DNA of 63,626 nucleotides, counting the filler, from Collodictyon triciliatum (taxonomy: Eukaryota), in the NCBI GenBank assembly GCA_043381765.1. It is 8 parts of 8 records of this genome, joined end to end, with 100 filler letters (N's around TTAATTAATTAA, not from the genome) between each part and the next. Parts side by side here need not be neighbours in the genome. Positions count along the whole stretch, not along the records: positions 20,103 to 30,047 come from JBHJMP010002845.1; positions 30,148 to 40,090 come from JBHJMP010002846.1; positions 40,191 to 50,122 come from JBHJMP010002847.1; 5 more parts are not named here. One strand, written 5' to 3'. Shown piece after piece: positions 25,143 through 43,100 of this stretch; the stretch's first letter is position 1, and each line of letters starts with the position of its first letter. A program made the position numbers and the translations under genes. Below the pieces are notes generated by a model, which saw nothing but the letters and a program-made list of their open reading frames with translations, did not search any database and was not told where the DNA came from.

Positions 25143-27956
25143 ATGGAGCTCGGCCACTCTTCTCGCGCAAGCGGATCACAAGGGCCGATCACCCTCGCTG
25201 CAACTTCTGCATGTCCCAAACACGCCTTTCCTGCCCTGCTGGGTTCGCCAGCCCTTTCCAGCGCGACAGGCGTGGGAATACCGGCCCGTCAGTACGATCA
25301 TACGCAGCACATTCAGACGCCGAATGAGTCTGGTTCAGACTCGGTCAACTACTCGACAGGCACACACCAGACCCTGACCTCTGCGTCTGCTGTCGACTCG
25401 GCTCTCACGTCTCCAATGGCCTCGTCGTCATCAAATGCGGCGCTCCCACCGCAGCAGCCTTCCCAAGAGGAGGCAAACCCACATACCTGCCATGGTATCG
25501 GCCGAGATTCCTACAGCCTTGCGCCCCAGCAGGCCGCATTGCTTGCCAGCCCCTCGGCCCAATCGCAGCAAAATGCAGAGACATCCTCTGTCTCCACTAG
25601 TCAGGGGTACCCTGCGCCTTACACACCCAGCTCGGCATTCCAGCAATATTCTATTCCGTCTCCTGTGAATATCCACCTACAATCTCAGATGCCTATTTCG
25701 ATGCCAGCGCGCATGGTTGCAGCAAGCACATCGCCTCCTGCTTTTCAGTATCCGCCGCAACTGCAGATGCCCATCCCGATGCATCAGATGGTTGCGATGC
25801 ACTGGGGGCAGCAGCATTTTGCCCCTTTTCAAAGAATGTATCCCAATCAGCCCGTATTTGAACCTCAAATGTCTCAGCTTTGGCTCTATCCTCAAATGCA
25901 ACAGCAAATACAACAACAGCAGCAAATACAACAACAGCAGCAAATACAACAACAGCAGCAAATACAACAACAGCAGCAAATACAACAGCAGCAGCAAATA
26001 CAACAGCAGCAGCAAATACAACAGCAGCAGCAAATACAACAACAGCAGCAAATACAACAGCAGCAGCCATCACAGCTTATACAACAAAATTCATCTCGGT
26101 CACAACCTCGATCCATCCATAGTGCACATTCTGAGAGTGCCACAGAAATCCCACCGAAAGCATCAGAATATCAGTTGGGGGATGTGCAATCATCCGACAT
26201 ATCCAAAGCAGAACCAAGTGCAACCCCGAAAGGGTCCATGCTGTTCAAAAGTTCCTTAAGAAAACACCCCGAATCGAATGATTCACAATTACATCACGAA
26301 GTGAAGGGCAAAATCTCCAGCCCAACACCATCACGCAAGAAACCAAAGATTTTCAAAAAGCTAGGCTCAAAGCGTGTCAGCCCAGCAAACTTTGATGATT
26401 GCCATGACACATCGGACAACACACCAAACAGCATCGTGATAAAGTCACCTACCAATAAGGGACAATCTGGTGACGGGGATGGTGCAATATCACAGTCGCC
26501 ATTACGTCAAAGAATAGTCACAGTAGAGGATGAGGACGAAGTAGACCCAGAAACAGAGCCCGATCTTCTCAGGGCCGTAGCAGCACTGCATTCGGCCAAC
26601 GGCACCCAACCTCCTCCAGGCACTAGAAATATGAAAACAGTAAACCCTGTGACAACTTCTTATCATCCATTCTCAACAACCCAATCCAAATATCAAGAAA
26701 GTGCGCAGACTACTCTGGTCCATAACGTTCCTGTAGATAACGAAGGCTCCCAGCAACTTGGTTGTCAAAGTGAAGCGATGATGTCACCAAAGCGGTTTCC
26801 TATCGCTTCACTGAATGAAAATTCATCTAAAGAGCACAGAGAGAATTCAACTTTCGAAAAGTCAGAACTCTCTTGTCCTGTCCCCTCTGATAATGAAGAC
26901 AATGCGGCATCTGGAGTTGTTGGTGAAGAACCTCCAAATCGAGATGACGCAGCTGTCTACGACGCAATCGGAAACTGTGAAATCGAACAAAAGTATCATG
27001 GTAACGCTCTTGAAGAAGAGCACCCAAGTCAGTGCGCGTCAGGCATTTGCCAAACCGAACCGCATGGACACCCACACCAGCGACAGGAAGCACCGAGTAA
27101 CACTAGATGGCCTGTACAACAAACGCTTCATGGCTACAATCGTCCTCCTCCTATTCAGATTCCAGGCCACCGGACATCTGCGCAGGATTCTCCTCACATG
27201 ACTATGCACAGTGTGAGCTCCAGCAGCAATCATAATCTCAGCGAAACAGCACTCCATCACAATTATCTCATTTACGCCAACATCAACGACCGCCAGAGAG
27301 TCGCATCGCATTTCAGTCCTCAGCGCGACTCTTACACGAGCACTTTTACCGAGTCTGAAAGCTGCATGTACGCCCCAGGATACTCTCCCCAGCACGACAT
27401 CGACGCTTCTAATGGCCAGCTCACCGTCCCGGCACATCATGACCAGTTTCTTGCCACACGCCACTTAAGTCTGACACCAGCCATGCTACCGACCGAGCAT
27501 AATTCAAGGTTGTTCATTTAACGGCCTCCACACAAGAAATATCCACATATGCGAGGTTATCAGATGGGAACTTTTCACACTTTTTCATTCCATTTCAATC
27601 CCAAAATGTCAGAATAGAAACCCCTATTTATTTATATTCATTCGCTCAGATCCGAGACATGTGTTCAGAATCCTCCATTCTATCTGTAAAATTCTAATCA
27701 CATAAATGCACAAGTGTACGCAATTCTATTTGGAGCCTGGAACGAGACGATGTAGTGGGACTGACTTTTTTTTGTTTTTGTTTTTGCTATGAACCATAGG
27801 TTTCTGGCTGGATTCCTGCTAACCCCGGTGGTGTGGCCTATTGGAATTTGGTGGTGGAATCACGACGACCCTGCGTGTAGGCGCTGGGCCCGAGTCAACA
27901 TATTCTCTTTTATTCTCGCCGGGCTCATATTCGGGATTCTACTCTTTATTTTTTAA
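25143..27956 (+). CDS. Large intrinsically disordered Q/S/P-rich protein with a C-terminal membrane anchor (3 exons)
   Basis: ORF 24939..27521 (first ATG 25143) splices via 27509-27649 and 27686-27799, both phase 2, to ...PPFYLFLAGFLLTPVVWPIGIWWWNHDDPACRRWARVNIFSFILAGLIFGILLFIF*. Confidence 0.7.
25898..26067 (+). repeat. Coding 18-bp minisatellite encoding (QQQQQI)n
   Basis: CAGCAAATACAACARCAG units, about 9 copies. Confidence 0.95.
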
Positions 27957-28374
27957 CAGCTATATGTATTCCCCGCTAATGTCTCACAAGAGGGCTATTC
28001 TGCTTATTTATTAGTCGATAGTTTGAAATGATAGTCATGGAGTTACAGGTAAAATAATAACAACCTGATTTATGGAATTGGAAGCTTAATGAATGGTTAA
28101 CATCCGCAGTCTCCTTTGGCCCCTCACCCTAACTTAGACTCTTTAAAGTTTTTTCTTTTCTGTTCTGCTTTGTTTCATGTGTAGAATAAAATACATTAAT
28201 ATAACACTGCGGTAGAGAGAACGAGCAAAAGAATAGAGGGGTATTGAATTCAATCTGATTAATAGTATGCCAAATTCTTCTGTTTATTCCTTATATATAT
28301 ATATATATATATAGTTGGTTATCATTTTAGCACCAAGATCGACGTTTTCAACACAATATCCTTTAAATTATTTA

Positions 28375-29875
28375 TTAAAAAGTTCCAAATTTCACGTCTT
28401 CGATCAATCTGGTCATGAATCCATAAACGAAAAAAGTGGCCGCGTTCACTGGGAATGCCCGTAGTAAACAAAGATGAATGCCTCGGAAAAAAAAACCTAT
28501 TCCCTCGCTCTGGAAGATATTGACTGCAATTCTCCAAGAGGATAACTTTTTCTTATCTACACCGCAGCGTTATTTTAGACAGGACGGGTAATTTATTTAT
28601 TTATTTTTTTTTAAAAAAAAATGAAACAATAGCAGAGATGCTAGAGTTTTGTAATATTTAATCTGAAGCTTACTCGAGTCCAGTGGACTGGCCTGTATTC
28701 TGCTTTTCACAACATCAAAAGGGTATATCATCGCCCATGAAACCACACCAGCCATTCCTTTTACACATCCGTGAGTAAAATTCAGATTTGTTTGTCTTTT
28801 AGAGACAAAATCATTCATGGCGATGGCGAATATTGGACATATAAATCAACATGCAATAGGTAAAAAGAAATAAATAAAATGGGAAGAAGACAAACCGCCG
28901 ACGATTGTATCTGCTACACCCATTGAAACTACTCCATCAACTCCAAGGGCATGTGTTGCACTTCTCCAAGAGACGATACCGTATTCGTAAAAGGCAAAAT
29001 AAATACCATAGCTCGGAGTATCTCGCATCATAGTCATCGTCAGGCCTTTAAAGCACCCTCTAACGCCCTTTTAATTTATCCAGTTTTCTCTATTAAATCT
29101 CAGTATACGATGCAATACAAAGTATGCGAGAGCTCATATTTTAGACAATCAATTAAAAATCATGATTTTCTCAACACAATGATATTGCGACAAATATCAT
29201 GAACTTTTTTCTTTGAATATCTCATCTACATCTTTATCAATATCTTAATAACGCCTCGTTGTCACATATGACAAGCCTCTTTTATTTCTTCATTTCCTCT
29301 CTTAATTTCAAAAAAAAAAAATTAAAATATTGACAGAAATTCTGAAAATGACAGGAATAGTAGATGAATATGAATGTACCTCTCTAGATATTAGAGTAGA
29401 CGACATATATATGAAAGCTATTTACCTCAACTCGGATGATTTTCTGAAGTTCTGCAATAGAGGACCGCTTTTCCTTGTCAGTGGATACTTGAAGTCTTAC
29501 TTTAACCAATTCAACTGGAGTAGTAACAAGTAAATTTGCAGTTCCTGCAGCCATTCCGCTCACAAAATACTGTAAAAGCGTCGGGGATGGGTCCAATCCA
29601 GAAGAGTTATTGAACTTCGAAAAAGCGGTCTAATTTCAAACATAAGAGCAATTGTTTCGGAAGTTTTTTTTTTTTTATGAATCGCGGATTATCATCTCAG
29701 AAACTCAACTATTTGCTTATGTATGGAGTAACATTATATAATGCGTGACAGAATAGGCCTCAACAATTGATATGTATTTCCGTACCTTTAAACCGCCATA
29801 CACAGCAAATAAGATGGAATTCTGAATACCGACGCCCACAATCGGGGCACTGAGACCTTTAAAAAGGGAGGTGAC
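28375..29875 (-). CDS. Mitochondrial carrier family (SLC25) protein, carnitine/acylcarnitine or basic amino-acid carrier-like, 5'-truncated
   Basis: [53 protein letters not shown] and [18 protein letters not shown] match the Px[DE]xxKxR carrier signature. Confidence 0.9.
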
Positions 29876-29940
29876 CTATTTTTTATGTTATTGAAATAGA
29901 AAATCATGCTTATTAATCGACATGTAGATAACATATCCAT

Positions 29941-30047
29941 ATGTATGTATTTATGTATGTATGTATGTATGTATGTATGTATGTATGTATGTATGTATGT
30001 ATGTATGTATGTATGTATGTATGTATGTATGTATGTATGTATGTATG
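29941..30047. repeat. (TATG)n microsatellite at contig end; (AAT)n starts the next contig at 30148-30245
   Basis: Directly visible. Confidence 0.95.
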
Positions 30048-30147
30048 NNNNNNNNNNNNNNNNNNNNNNNNNNNNNNNNNNNNNNNNNNNNTTAATTAAT
30101 TAANNNNNNNNNNNNNNNNNNNNNNNNNNNNNNNNNNNNNNNNNNNN

Positions 30148-30247
<100 letters not shown>

Positions 30248-30331
30248 CATTAAAATGATAGTGTTTGTCTACAAAGTACACCGCTAAATAATTAGAATAT
30301 GTAAAGATTTTTGAATGATTATAACTCTTAC

Positions 30332-31758
30332 GTCACGATGTGCTCTCCCGATTTTCCATGGTATTTTTCATCTCCAGCTTCGAAGCATTGAGATTTTTTA
30401 AAGTATGGAAGCACTTCTTCATATGACCAGCCCTTTATCATTTAGAAATATGATTCCATTTAATATTGGATGGATGGCTTTTTTCCCCCATCCTTTTCTT
30501 TTACACTTCATGTTAGTTTATGTTTTATTGCAAAATAAATGGTGAGTTATTTTGAATATTTTGAATGTGATATTGCACTGTAAGTCACCTTGCAACCTAA
30601 AGCAGCCCACCCGTTAAAATCATTTTTATCTCCTCGGGTGTAGAGCATGTAGTTAATGGCGGACGATCCACCCAGAGTTCTTCCACGAGGCCAGCAGCTT
30701 ACTCTATGGCCCATTTCCTGCGATTTAGAGAGAAAAATATGGATGAGATTGTCGTTTTCCCTGTAAGGGGATAATTAAGTTAGAAAATACATGTATGGGA
30801 ATAAAAAAAATAGTTTAGTAACCGGGCCACCTTTTGAGGCTCTGTTCGGTATTGCCAATCATATTCTGTCTTCTGTAAGAGAGCAGCCGTGATAGGAATC
30901 CTGATTTTCTGCAGAATTCATTAGAATTATCATATATGTCTCTGTATATTATGTTTTTCATTACCGTGTCATGACAAGTCATCTTCTCTTTTAATTTTTC
31001 ATTTTCAAATTGAAAAAAAAAAGAAAAAGAAAAGACAAAAACACCAAACCAAGTCTTTGTCATTGATTCCAGCCTCCAGCAAAAGCACAGTGACGTTTGG
31101 ATCTTCCGACAAGCGGTTGGCAATAATGCATCCAGCAGAACCCGCACCCACAACAATATCTAAATACATTATAATTTAAAAACTCGCACTCATTGTAAAA
31201 TTCCTCCTTTCTGTCACTCCTCACCTCGAGAATATCAGTATATAGATAAAGATAGAGTGACTTTATATCCGTAATTAACAATACACATAATTTATATGGT
31301 ATTACACATAGTTTTGTTTTCGTATTGTGTGGTATGGTTATTTCTTGTGGATGAAAAATAGGAAAGGAGGAGGAAAAGCTGTTTACTGGGAGAAAAAAAA
31401 AGAAGGAAACATATGCACAGGTACTCACAGTCATACTCTTCAAGCACGGGTACAGTCTCAGGATTGGCTTCTAGAGATTTTTTTATTGCGTATACACCGC
31501 CCAAAACAGCAGCAGCACCAATGGCCTTCTACATAAGAGAAAAGACGAGGTAATCATTCAGAAAGTGTCAAAGGTTTGAAGAAGGTTATGCAAAAAGGAG
31601 GATGAGAGTGATAGAAAACACGAAGTGGCAGAAGTCGGGTCACAGACGAGTTTTTATGTGATCACGCCATGATGAGTTGGTTTTTTTTAATATATAATTG
31701 CACTAAGTCACTTTATATGTATCTTCAAACAAACCTGCGCTGTGCTCCCACCGTCCAT
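30332..31758 (-). CDS. GMC oxidoreductase (choline/glucose dehydrogenase family), 3'-truncated
   Basis: [34 protein letters not shown] (FAD Rossmann fold), [46 protein letters not shown]. The start ATG at 31758 is inferred from a short first exon. Confidence 0.92.
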
Positions 31759-32298
31759 GCAAACTTTAAAAGTAGAGTCTGTTAAGAGTTTGAGAACTTC
31801 TTGTTAAGGCCGCTCCTTCGATCGAAATGAATGCACTTCTTGCCAAGAAAACAGTATGGTTTTTTTTTTTTTATCTCTCTGCCCTCTTTGTTTTATTATT
31901 CGTTATTTTCGTATCTGTGCGCTTCATCAAAGGAGAGTAAGTGAATTCTTAGAGCACGGCATTCACATGCAGCCATGGGCAGAGAAGAACCACTCACCCT
32001 TAGGGGCCTTCCAAAGCGCACTGACCCGAGCGAGTGCTTTTTTGTTTCCGAAAAAGAAAAAAAAAAGAGTAGAGCGAAAAACAATCTGTCAAAGAGGCGA
32101 CGAAGCACAGTGTCAGTTTTCACCCACTGCGTACCAACTTGACGTCACTCTGTTTCCCCTTTTTTGGATTTGGTTATTCTTTACGAGGAACTGAGGCCGC
32201 AACAGTGGCTGTGCCGAAACGTCGTGCGGTGGTTCATGGCTGGTGTTCGCGGGCCCAAAGGCGTCAGAGGGTATCAGTTGGTTTATGTTCTCCTTTCT

Positions 32299-32379
<81 letters not shown>

Positions 32380-32867
32380 AATCTTTCTTTCTATTGGGTA
32401 TTGTGCAGTTGTTTTCATATTTTGGGGTCATCCGAAAATAGAGTCGATAGTTGAATGAATCTGATTACAACAAGGAGATATAATGATAATGTGGCACCGC
32501 AGAAAAAAATAGAGAAAAAAGGGAGATATTCTTCTAGAAACATATTGAAACATACAACTGTAACCCAAAGCATAAAGCGACACGCATGTGTTGTGGTATA
32601 CTTTATTGAATCGAAGGCCTCTTTCATATCTCTTCAAGTGCTGTTCTTAAACAGCATCCTATGGAGAATCTTGTTGGCTCAGACCTGCAGAAAATATACT
32701 ACACCAAGAACCAGAGCCACGTCCAAAGGGGCAGATGAAAAGCATAAAGATATTAGAATTCAATTAGCGAAATTAATTTCATACGTTCATGTAATACGCA
32801 CCATCTCGTCAGCTGCAGAAGGAAATGTTTATATAAAGGAATAAATATTAGAATCCGCATAAGAACC

Positions 32868-37359
<4,492 letters not shown>

Positions 37360-37989
37360 TTCCGTGTAGAGTTCAAATTGTTTTCTGTGAAAGAAAAATG
37401 GATAAAATAAAAGAATAAATATAAAAACAGGAAGACTATGAGTGTTGTGGACACTTGATAAGTTAGAAAACATGACAAAACAAAACTCTATTTTCTAAGC
37501 CCCTGGTAAACAAAGTGCCGGCAGCTCCATAAAAGATTACTCTTGAACTGACAAAGACCTTCTTTTTCTTGTTTTTTTATTTTATTTTATTCTTTTTTTG
37601 TTTTTTTACGAATATAAAGTAAATTAGTCATAAAGTCCTTAGCACTGTACATGATTCCGTTATGATCAGCGCAACTCCAATGCCACAATGCTCACGCCTC
37701 CAAACAAGTCTGTGGTTTCGTAATACCTTCATTGATTGGTTTTGTGACAGATGCAGATTAACCTGATCCGCCGCCCAAAAGAGAACCCATATGTCAACAT
37801 TCCGTATCAAAAATTACACCGTACATATAATATCGTAAGTGTAACATATATATGGTATGAACAACTATCTCTTCACAAAAGTCATCTGTCACAGAAAAGA
37901 AAGACGGTGCGCGATTCTGACAAAAGCAAGAAACCACGATCGACACAAGCGACCCCAGAGCCACAAACACCTTCCCTCGAAAAGCAAGA

Positions 37990-38856
37990 ATGCTGGATGA
38001 CTCGCTCTCCCACCGCAGACCGCGCGGGCTGAATGTCTCTGGAGACGAAGACGCGGGCTTTCTGCCAACACCTGCAACCTCGGGCAGCTTCCAAGCGTCT
38101 GTCCACAACGTCTTCAGTGACAGCCCAAAAGGCGCCTCTGTCTGGCCTGCAGGCACACGAGGCCTCTCGATTGGGCAGGTCCACCTAACCCCCATGTCCA
38201 GAAACGACACGCTCTACCGCATTCGCGTATACTCTGGCCGGGCCGTCGGCGTCTTCATGCTTCTGGTGCTGGCGTATCTTTGCCTGTGGCGCGTGCCAAT
38301 CTCCCTTGTGAAGCGCATCATCCAAAGCGAAGGCGAATCGCTGCAGCTCGAGCAACCGCTTGGCCTTCGTGTGCGCCACACAAGCGCAACAACCTTGCAG
38401 GTCGGCTGCTTTTGTCTCTCGCCTTCAAATGCCGATGTTTTCCAGGCGGCCCACACGCAGAGAGAAAACATCTTTGTTCATCGCTACCGCTCACCCATCA
38501 CACTCGGCCCGGCTTTGGACGCAGATCAAGAAGGCAATCAAGGGGATTACCTCGAGTGCCCAGCCTCGGCCTCCTTTCTTGTAGACCCTGAAAGCCCAAA
38601 GACTTCCCCTTCCTTGTGCTTTTTGGTCTATGCGAAAGGCCGTGCGCTCCCGGAGAGACTGGGCTGGGAGGTTGTTCGTCATTCGCTCCATCACCCAAAG
38701 GCAGACCATACAAAGTGGAAGGTGATGCCTTTGGAGCCTGTCTTATGGGAGCCGTCTGAGCCGAGCGTCTTTGACACGATTCTGAGCGTCTTTGGGGCTC
38801 AGAGGAGGTCTGATGGAGAGGCCGAAGCGTCGCCGGAAGTCTGGCTGGATTTCTGA
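37990..38856 (+). CDS. Hypothetical single-exon protein with one predicted TM helix
   Basis: 288-aa uninterrupted ORF, GC-richer than its flanks, with the hydrophobic segment AVGVFMLLVLAYLCLW. No family recognised. Confidence 0.6.
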   Translation: MLDDSLSHRRPRGLNVSGDEDAGFLPTPATSGSFQASVHNVFSDSPKGASVWPAGTRGLSIGQVHLTPMSRNDTLYRIRVYSGRAVGVFMLLVLAYLCLWRVPISLVKRIIQSEGESLQLEQPLGLRVRHTSATTLQVGCFCLSPSNADVFQAAHTQRENIFVHRYRSPITLGPALDADQEGNQGDYLECPASASFLVDPESPKTSPSLCFLVYAKGRALPERLGWEVVRHSLHHPKADHTKWKVMPLEPVLWEPSEPSVFDTILSVFGAQRRSDGEAEASPEVWLDF

Positions 38857-39123
38857 TAGTGCTTCGGAAGACCCCAATAACGTATGTGGCTATGCAGTTG
38901 GTTCCTGAAGGAATGAAAAGCAAATAAAGATAAAGAATTTGTTCGAGGGTGATGTAATCAAGATAACCATCGACCTCTAATTGTTAATTAATAATAATAA
39001 TAATAAAAAAAATTCTTGAGAAATAGGAATAATAACATTTGGTTTGTTTTATTTTGATCGCTCCGACACCTCGCACTTTTTTGTTTGAATTCTGTACACC
39101 AGTGTGATGTGGCATGTGCGCCA

Positions 39124-39826
39124 TTATGATATACAGCATTGTTTGGAGGATGCTGCGTGGGACTGGCTTGGGGAAGCATCTTGTGATTCAGTAGATGTGA
39201 CTGTGAAACTTTTGTAATTCGGCGGTGCGAAGGTTGCCTTGGTGCGAGACTTTTCAATATATCTCCGGATTGTGTCTGGACCTTGACTGCAAACTGACAG
39301 TGGTGGGTTTACAATTGGGTTGAAGCGGACATCAAAGACCTGCAGATTGCGAAAGGCAAGAAAGTCGCCCCCAAGCGACCTCAACTGGTTATTGCTCAGA
39401 TAAAACTCTTCAAGATTCCGATGGATTGGCATCGCTTGGGATTCGCCTGAGTCGAGACTATCTGCTTCGTTAGCCTGCATAGGAATCAAGAGGGGGTTGA
39501 TTGGCTTGGAAAAGAATAAATCTTGTAGTTGATTGTCTTCCATATGTAGAATCTCTAGAGACGGGAGCTTTGCAATCCACTCTGGTATATTGTAGAACTG
39601 GTTCTTGCTCAGATTTAGGGCGCGAAGCTCAGGGAACCCACGAAAGTCACCGGGGAATGAACCGACATCTAGAATGTTCCCACTAAGTGATAGAGCTCTC
39701 AATAATGGCAAAGAGCTCATGACTGATGGGATAATGCGAAGCTGGTTGTTATCGAAGTTTGCCACTCGAAGAGAGGTGATGCAGGAAATGGACTCAGGGA
39801 TGGACCGGAGCTGATTGTTAAAAATC
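39124..39826 (-). CDS. Leucine-rich repeat protein (RSU1/LRRC58-like repeats) with C-terminal CaaX (CCIS), last exon only
   Basis: LxxLxLxxN repeats (LRALSLSGN, LRALNLSKN, LEILHMEDN, LEEFYLSNN), the LRR cap PPLSVCSQG, and the ending KQCCIS*. Confidence 0.85.
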
Positions 39827-39940
39827 CTGTAGAAACCAATAGTACATGAACTCAGTCATACCACACATTATTGAGAAGTCATCCAATTTCTAGAATGTTT
39901 GCTTTCATACTCCCGTAATAAATGGTGTTTTCAATTGTTT

Positions 39941-40090
39941 CTTTTTTATGTTTTTTATGTTTCTTTTTTGTGTTTCTTTTTTATGTTTCTTTTTTATGTT
40001 TTTTTATGTTTTTTATGTTTTTTTATGTTTTTTATGTTTTTTTATGTTTTTTTATGTTTTTTTATGTTTTTTTATGTTTTTTTATGTTTT
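39941..40090. repeat. (TTTTTTATG)n-type repeat at contig end
   Basis: Directly visible. Confidence 0.9.
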
Positions 40091-40190
40091 NNNNNNNNNN
40101 NNNNNNNNNNNNNNNNNNNNNNNNNNNNNNNNNNTTAATTAATTAANNNNNNNNNNNNNNNNNNNNNNNNNNNNNNNNNNNNNNNNNNNN

Positions 40191-43100
40191 AATACATGAT
40201 TTGTTTCCATATGAGCCGGAGTTTGAGTTGAATGAGCCTTTTGGACAAGCGTAGCATGATTTTGAGTATTTCATTATGTCTTCTTTTTGGTAGAATCCTG
40301 ATGAACATAAGCTGCATGATGCGCTTCTTTCTGAGCTGTAGCTTCCATCTGGACATGAAATGCATGATGATTGATTGAATGAGCCTGTTTGATTGTTGAA
40401 TGTACCAGCTGGACATGATGTGCATGATGCCTGACCATCTCTATCATTCCAAGTACCTTGGGGACATTTGATACATGATTTGTATCCATATGAGCCAGAG
40501 TTTGAGTTGAATGTGCCTTTTGGACAAGCATGACATGATTCGGAGTCTTTTATGATGCCTTCTTTTTGATAGAATCCCGATAGGCAAAGGCTGCATGATG
40601 CGCTTCTTTCTGAGCTGTAGCTTCCATTTGGACACGAAATGCACAATGATTGATTGAATGAACCAGTTTTATTGTTGAATGTCCCAGCTGGACATGATGT
40701 ACATGATGCTTGGCCATCTCTATCATTCCAGGTACCTTGTGGACATTCACTACATGATAAGTTTCCATATAAACCAGAGTTTGAGTTGAATGTGCCTTTT
40801 GGACAAGCATAGCATGATTGTGAGCCTTTTATGATTCCTTCTTTTTGATAGAATCCGGATAAGCATAAGCTGCATGAAGAGCTTCTTTCTGAGCTGTAGC
40901 TTCCATTTGGACACGAAATGCATGATGATTGATTGAATGAGCCCGTTTTGTTGTTGAATGTACCAGCCGGACATGATGTGCATGATGCTTGACCATCTCT
41001 ATCATTCCAAGTACCTTGTGGACATTCAATACATGATTTGTTTCCATATGAGCCGGAGTTTGAGTTGAATGTACCTTTTAGACAAGCATAGCATGATTGT
41101 GAGTCTTTTGTGATTCCTTCTTTTTGATAGAATCCTGATGAGCATAAGCTGCATGATGCGCTTCCAACTGAGCAGTAGCCTCCTTTCGGACATGAAATGC
41201 ACGATGATTGATTGAATGAGCCATATTTATTGTTGAATGTACCCGCTGGACATGATGTACATGATGCTTGACCCTCTCTATCATTCCAAGTACCTTGTGG
41301 ACATTCAATGCATGATTTGTTTCCATATAAGCCGGAGTTTGAGTTGAATGTGCCTTTTGGACAAACATAACATGATTCTGAATCTTTTATTATACCTTCT
41401 TTTTGATAGAATCCTGATGAGCAAAAACTACATGATGCGCTTCTTTCCGGGCTGTAGCTTCCATTTGGACATGAAATGCATGATGATTGATTGGATGAGC
41501 CAGTTTTGTTGTTGAATGTACCAGGTAGACATGATGTGCATGATGCTTGACCATCTCTATCATTCCAAGTGCCTTGCGGACATTCAATGCATGATTTGTT
41601 TCCATATGAGCCGGAGTTTGAGTTGAATGTACCTTTTAGACAAGAATAGCATGATTGTGAGTCTTTTGTGATTCCTTCTTTTTGATAGAATCCAGGTGAG
41701 CATAAGCTGCATGATGCGCTTCTTTCTGAGCTGTAGCTTCCATTTGGACATGAAATACATAGTAATTGATTCAATGAGCCAGTTTTGTTGTTGAATGTAC
41801 CAGCTGGACATGATGTGCATGATGCTTGACCCTCTCTATCATTCCAAGTGCCTTGTGGACATTCAATGCATGAATAGTTTCCATATAAGCCGGAGTTTGA
41901 GTTGAATGTGCCTTTTGGACAGGCATAGCATGATTGTGAATCTTTTGTGATTCCTTCTTTTTGATAGAATCCTGATAAACATAAGCTGCATGATGAGCTT
42001 CTTTCTGAGCTGTAGCTTCCATTTGGACATGAAATACATAGTAATTGATTCAATGAGCCAGTTTTGTTATTGAATGTACCAGCTGGACATGATGTGCATG
42101 ATGCTTGACCCTCTCTATCATTCCAAGTGCCTTGCGGACATTCAATACATGATTTGTTTCCATATGAGCCGGAGTTTGAGTTGAATGTGCCTTTTGGACA
42201 GGCAAAGCATGATTGTGAATCTTTTGTGATTCCTTCTTTTTGATAGAATCCAGGTGAGCATAAGCTGCATGATGCGCTTCCAACTGAGCAGTAGCTTCCA
42301 TTTGGACATGAAATACATGATGATTGATTGAATGAGCCAGTTTTGTCGTTGAATGTTCCAGCTGGGCATGATATGCACGATGCTTGACCCTCTCTATCAT
42401 TCCAAGTACCTTGTGGACATTCAATGCATGAATAGTTTCCATATGAGCCGGAGTTTGAGTTGAATGTGCCTTTTGGACAAGCGTAGCATGATTGTGAGTC
42501 TTTTGTGATTCCTTCTTTTTGATAGAATCCTGATAAGCATAAGCTGCATGATGCGCTTCCAACTGAGCAGTAGCTTCCTTTCGGACATGAAATGCATAGT
42601 AATTGATTCAATGAGCCAGTTTTATTGTTGAATGTACCAGCGGGGCATGATGCGCATGATGCTTGACCATCTCTATCATTCCAAGTACCTTTTGGACATT
42701 CAACACATGATTTGTTTCCATATGAGCCGGAGTTTGAGTTGAATGTGCCTTTTGGACAAGAGTAGCATGATTTTGAGTCTTTTATGACTCCTTCTTCTTG
42801 ATAGAATCCTGATAAGCACAAACTACATGATGAACTTCTCTCTGAGCTGTAGCTTCCATCTGGACACAGAATACATTGTGATTGGTCAACCGAACCAGTT
42901 TTGTTGTTGAATGTACCAGCTGTGCATGATGCGCATGATGCTTGACCCTCTCTATCATTCCAAGTACCCTGTGGACATTCGTTGCATGATTTGTTTCCAT
43001 ATGAGCCGGAGTTTGAGTTGAATGTACCTTTTAGACAAGCATAGCATGATTGTGAGTCTTTAGTGATTCCTTCTTTTTGATAGAATCCAGGTGAGCATGA

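Noticed and set aside
31828-32790. Possible small plus-strand gene (AVPKRR motif reminiscent of ribosomal bL32)
   Set aside because: I could not build a phase-consistent exon chain, and the similarity is limited to a few residues.
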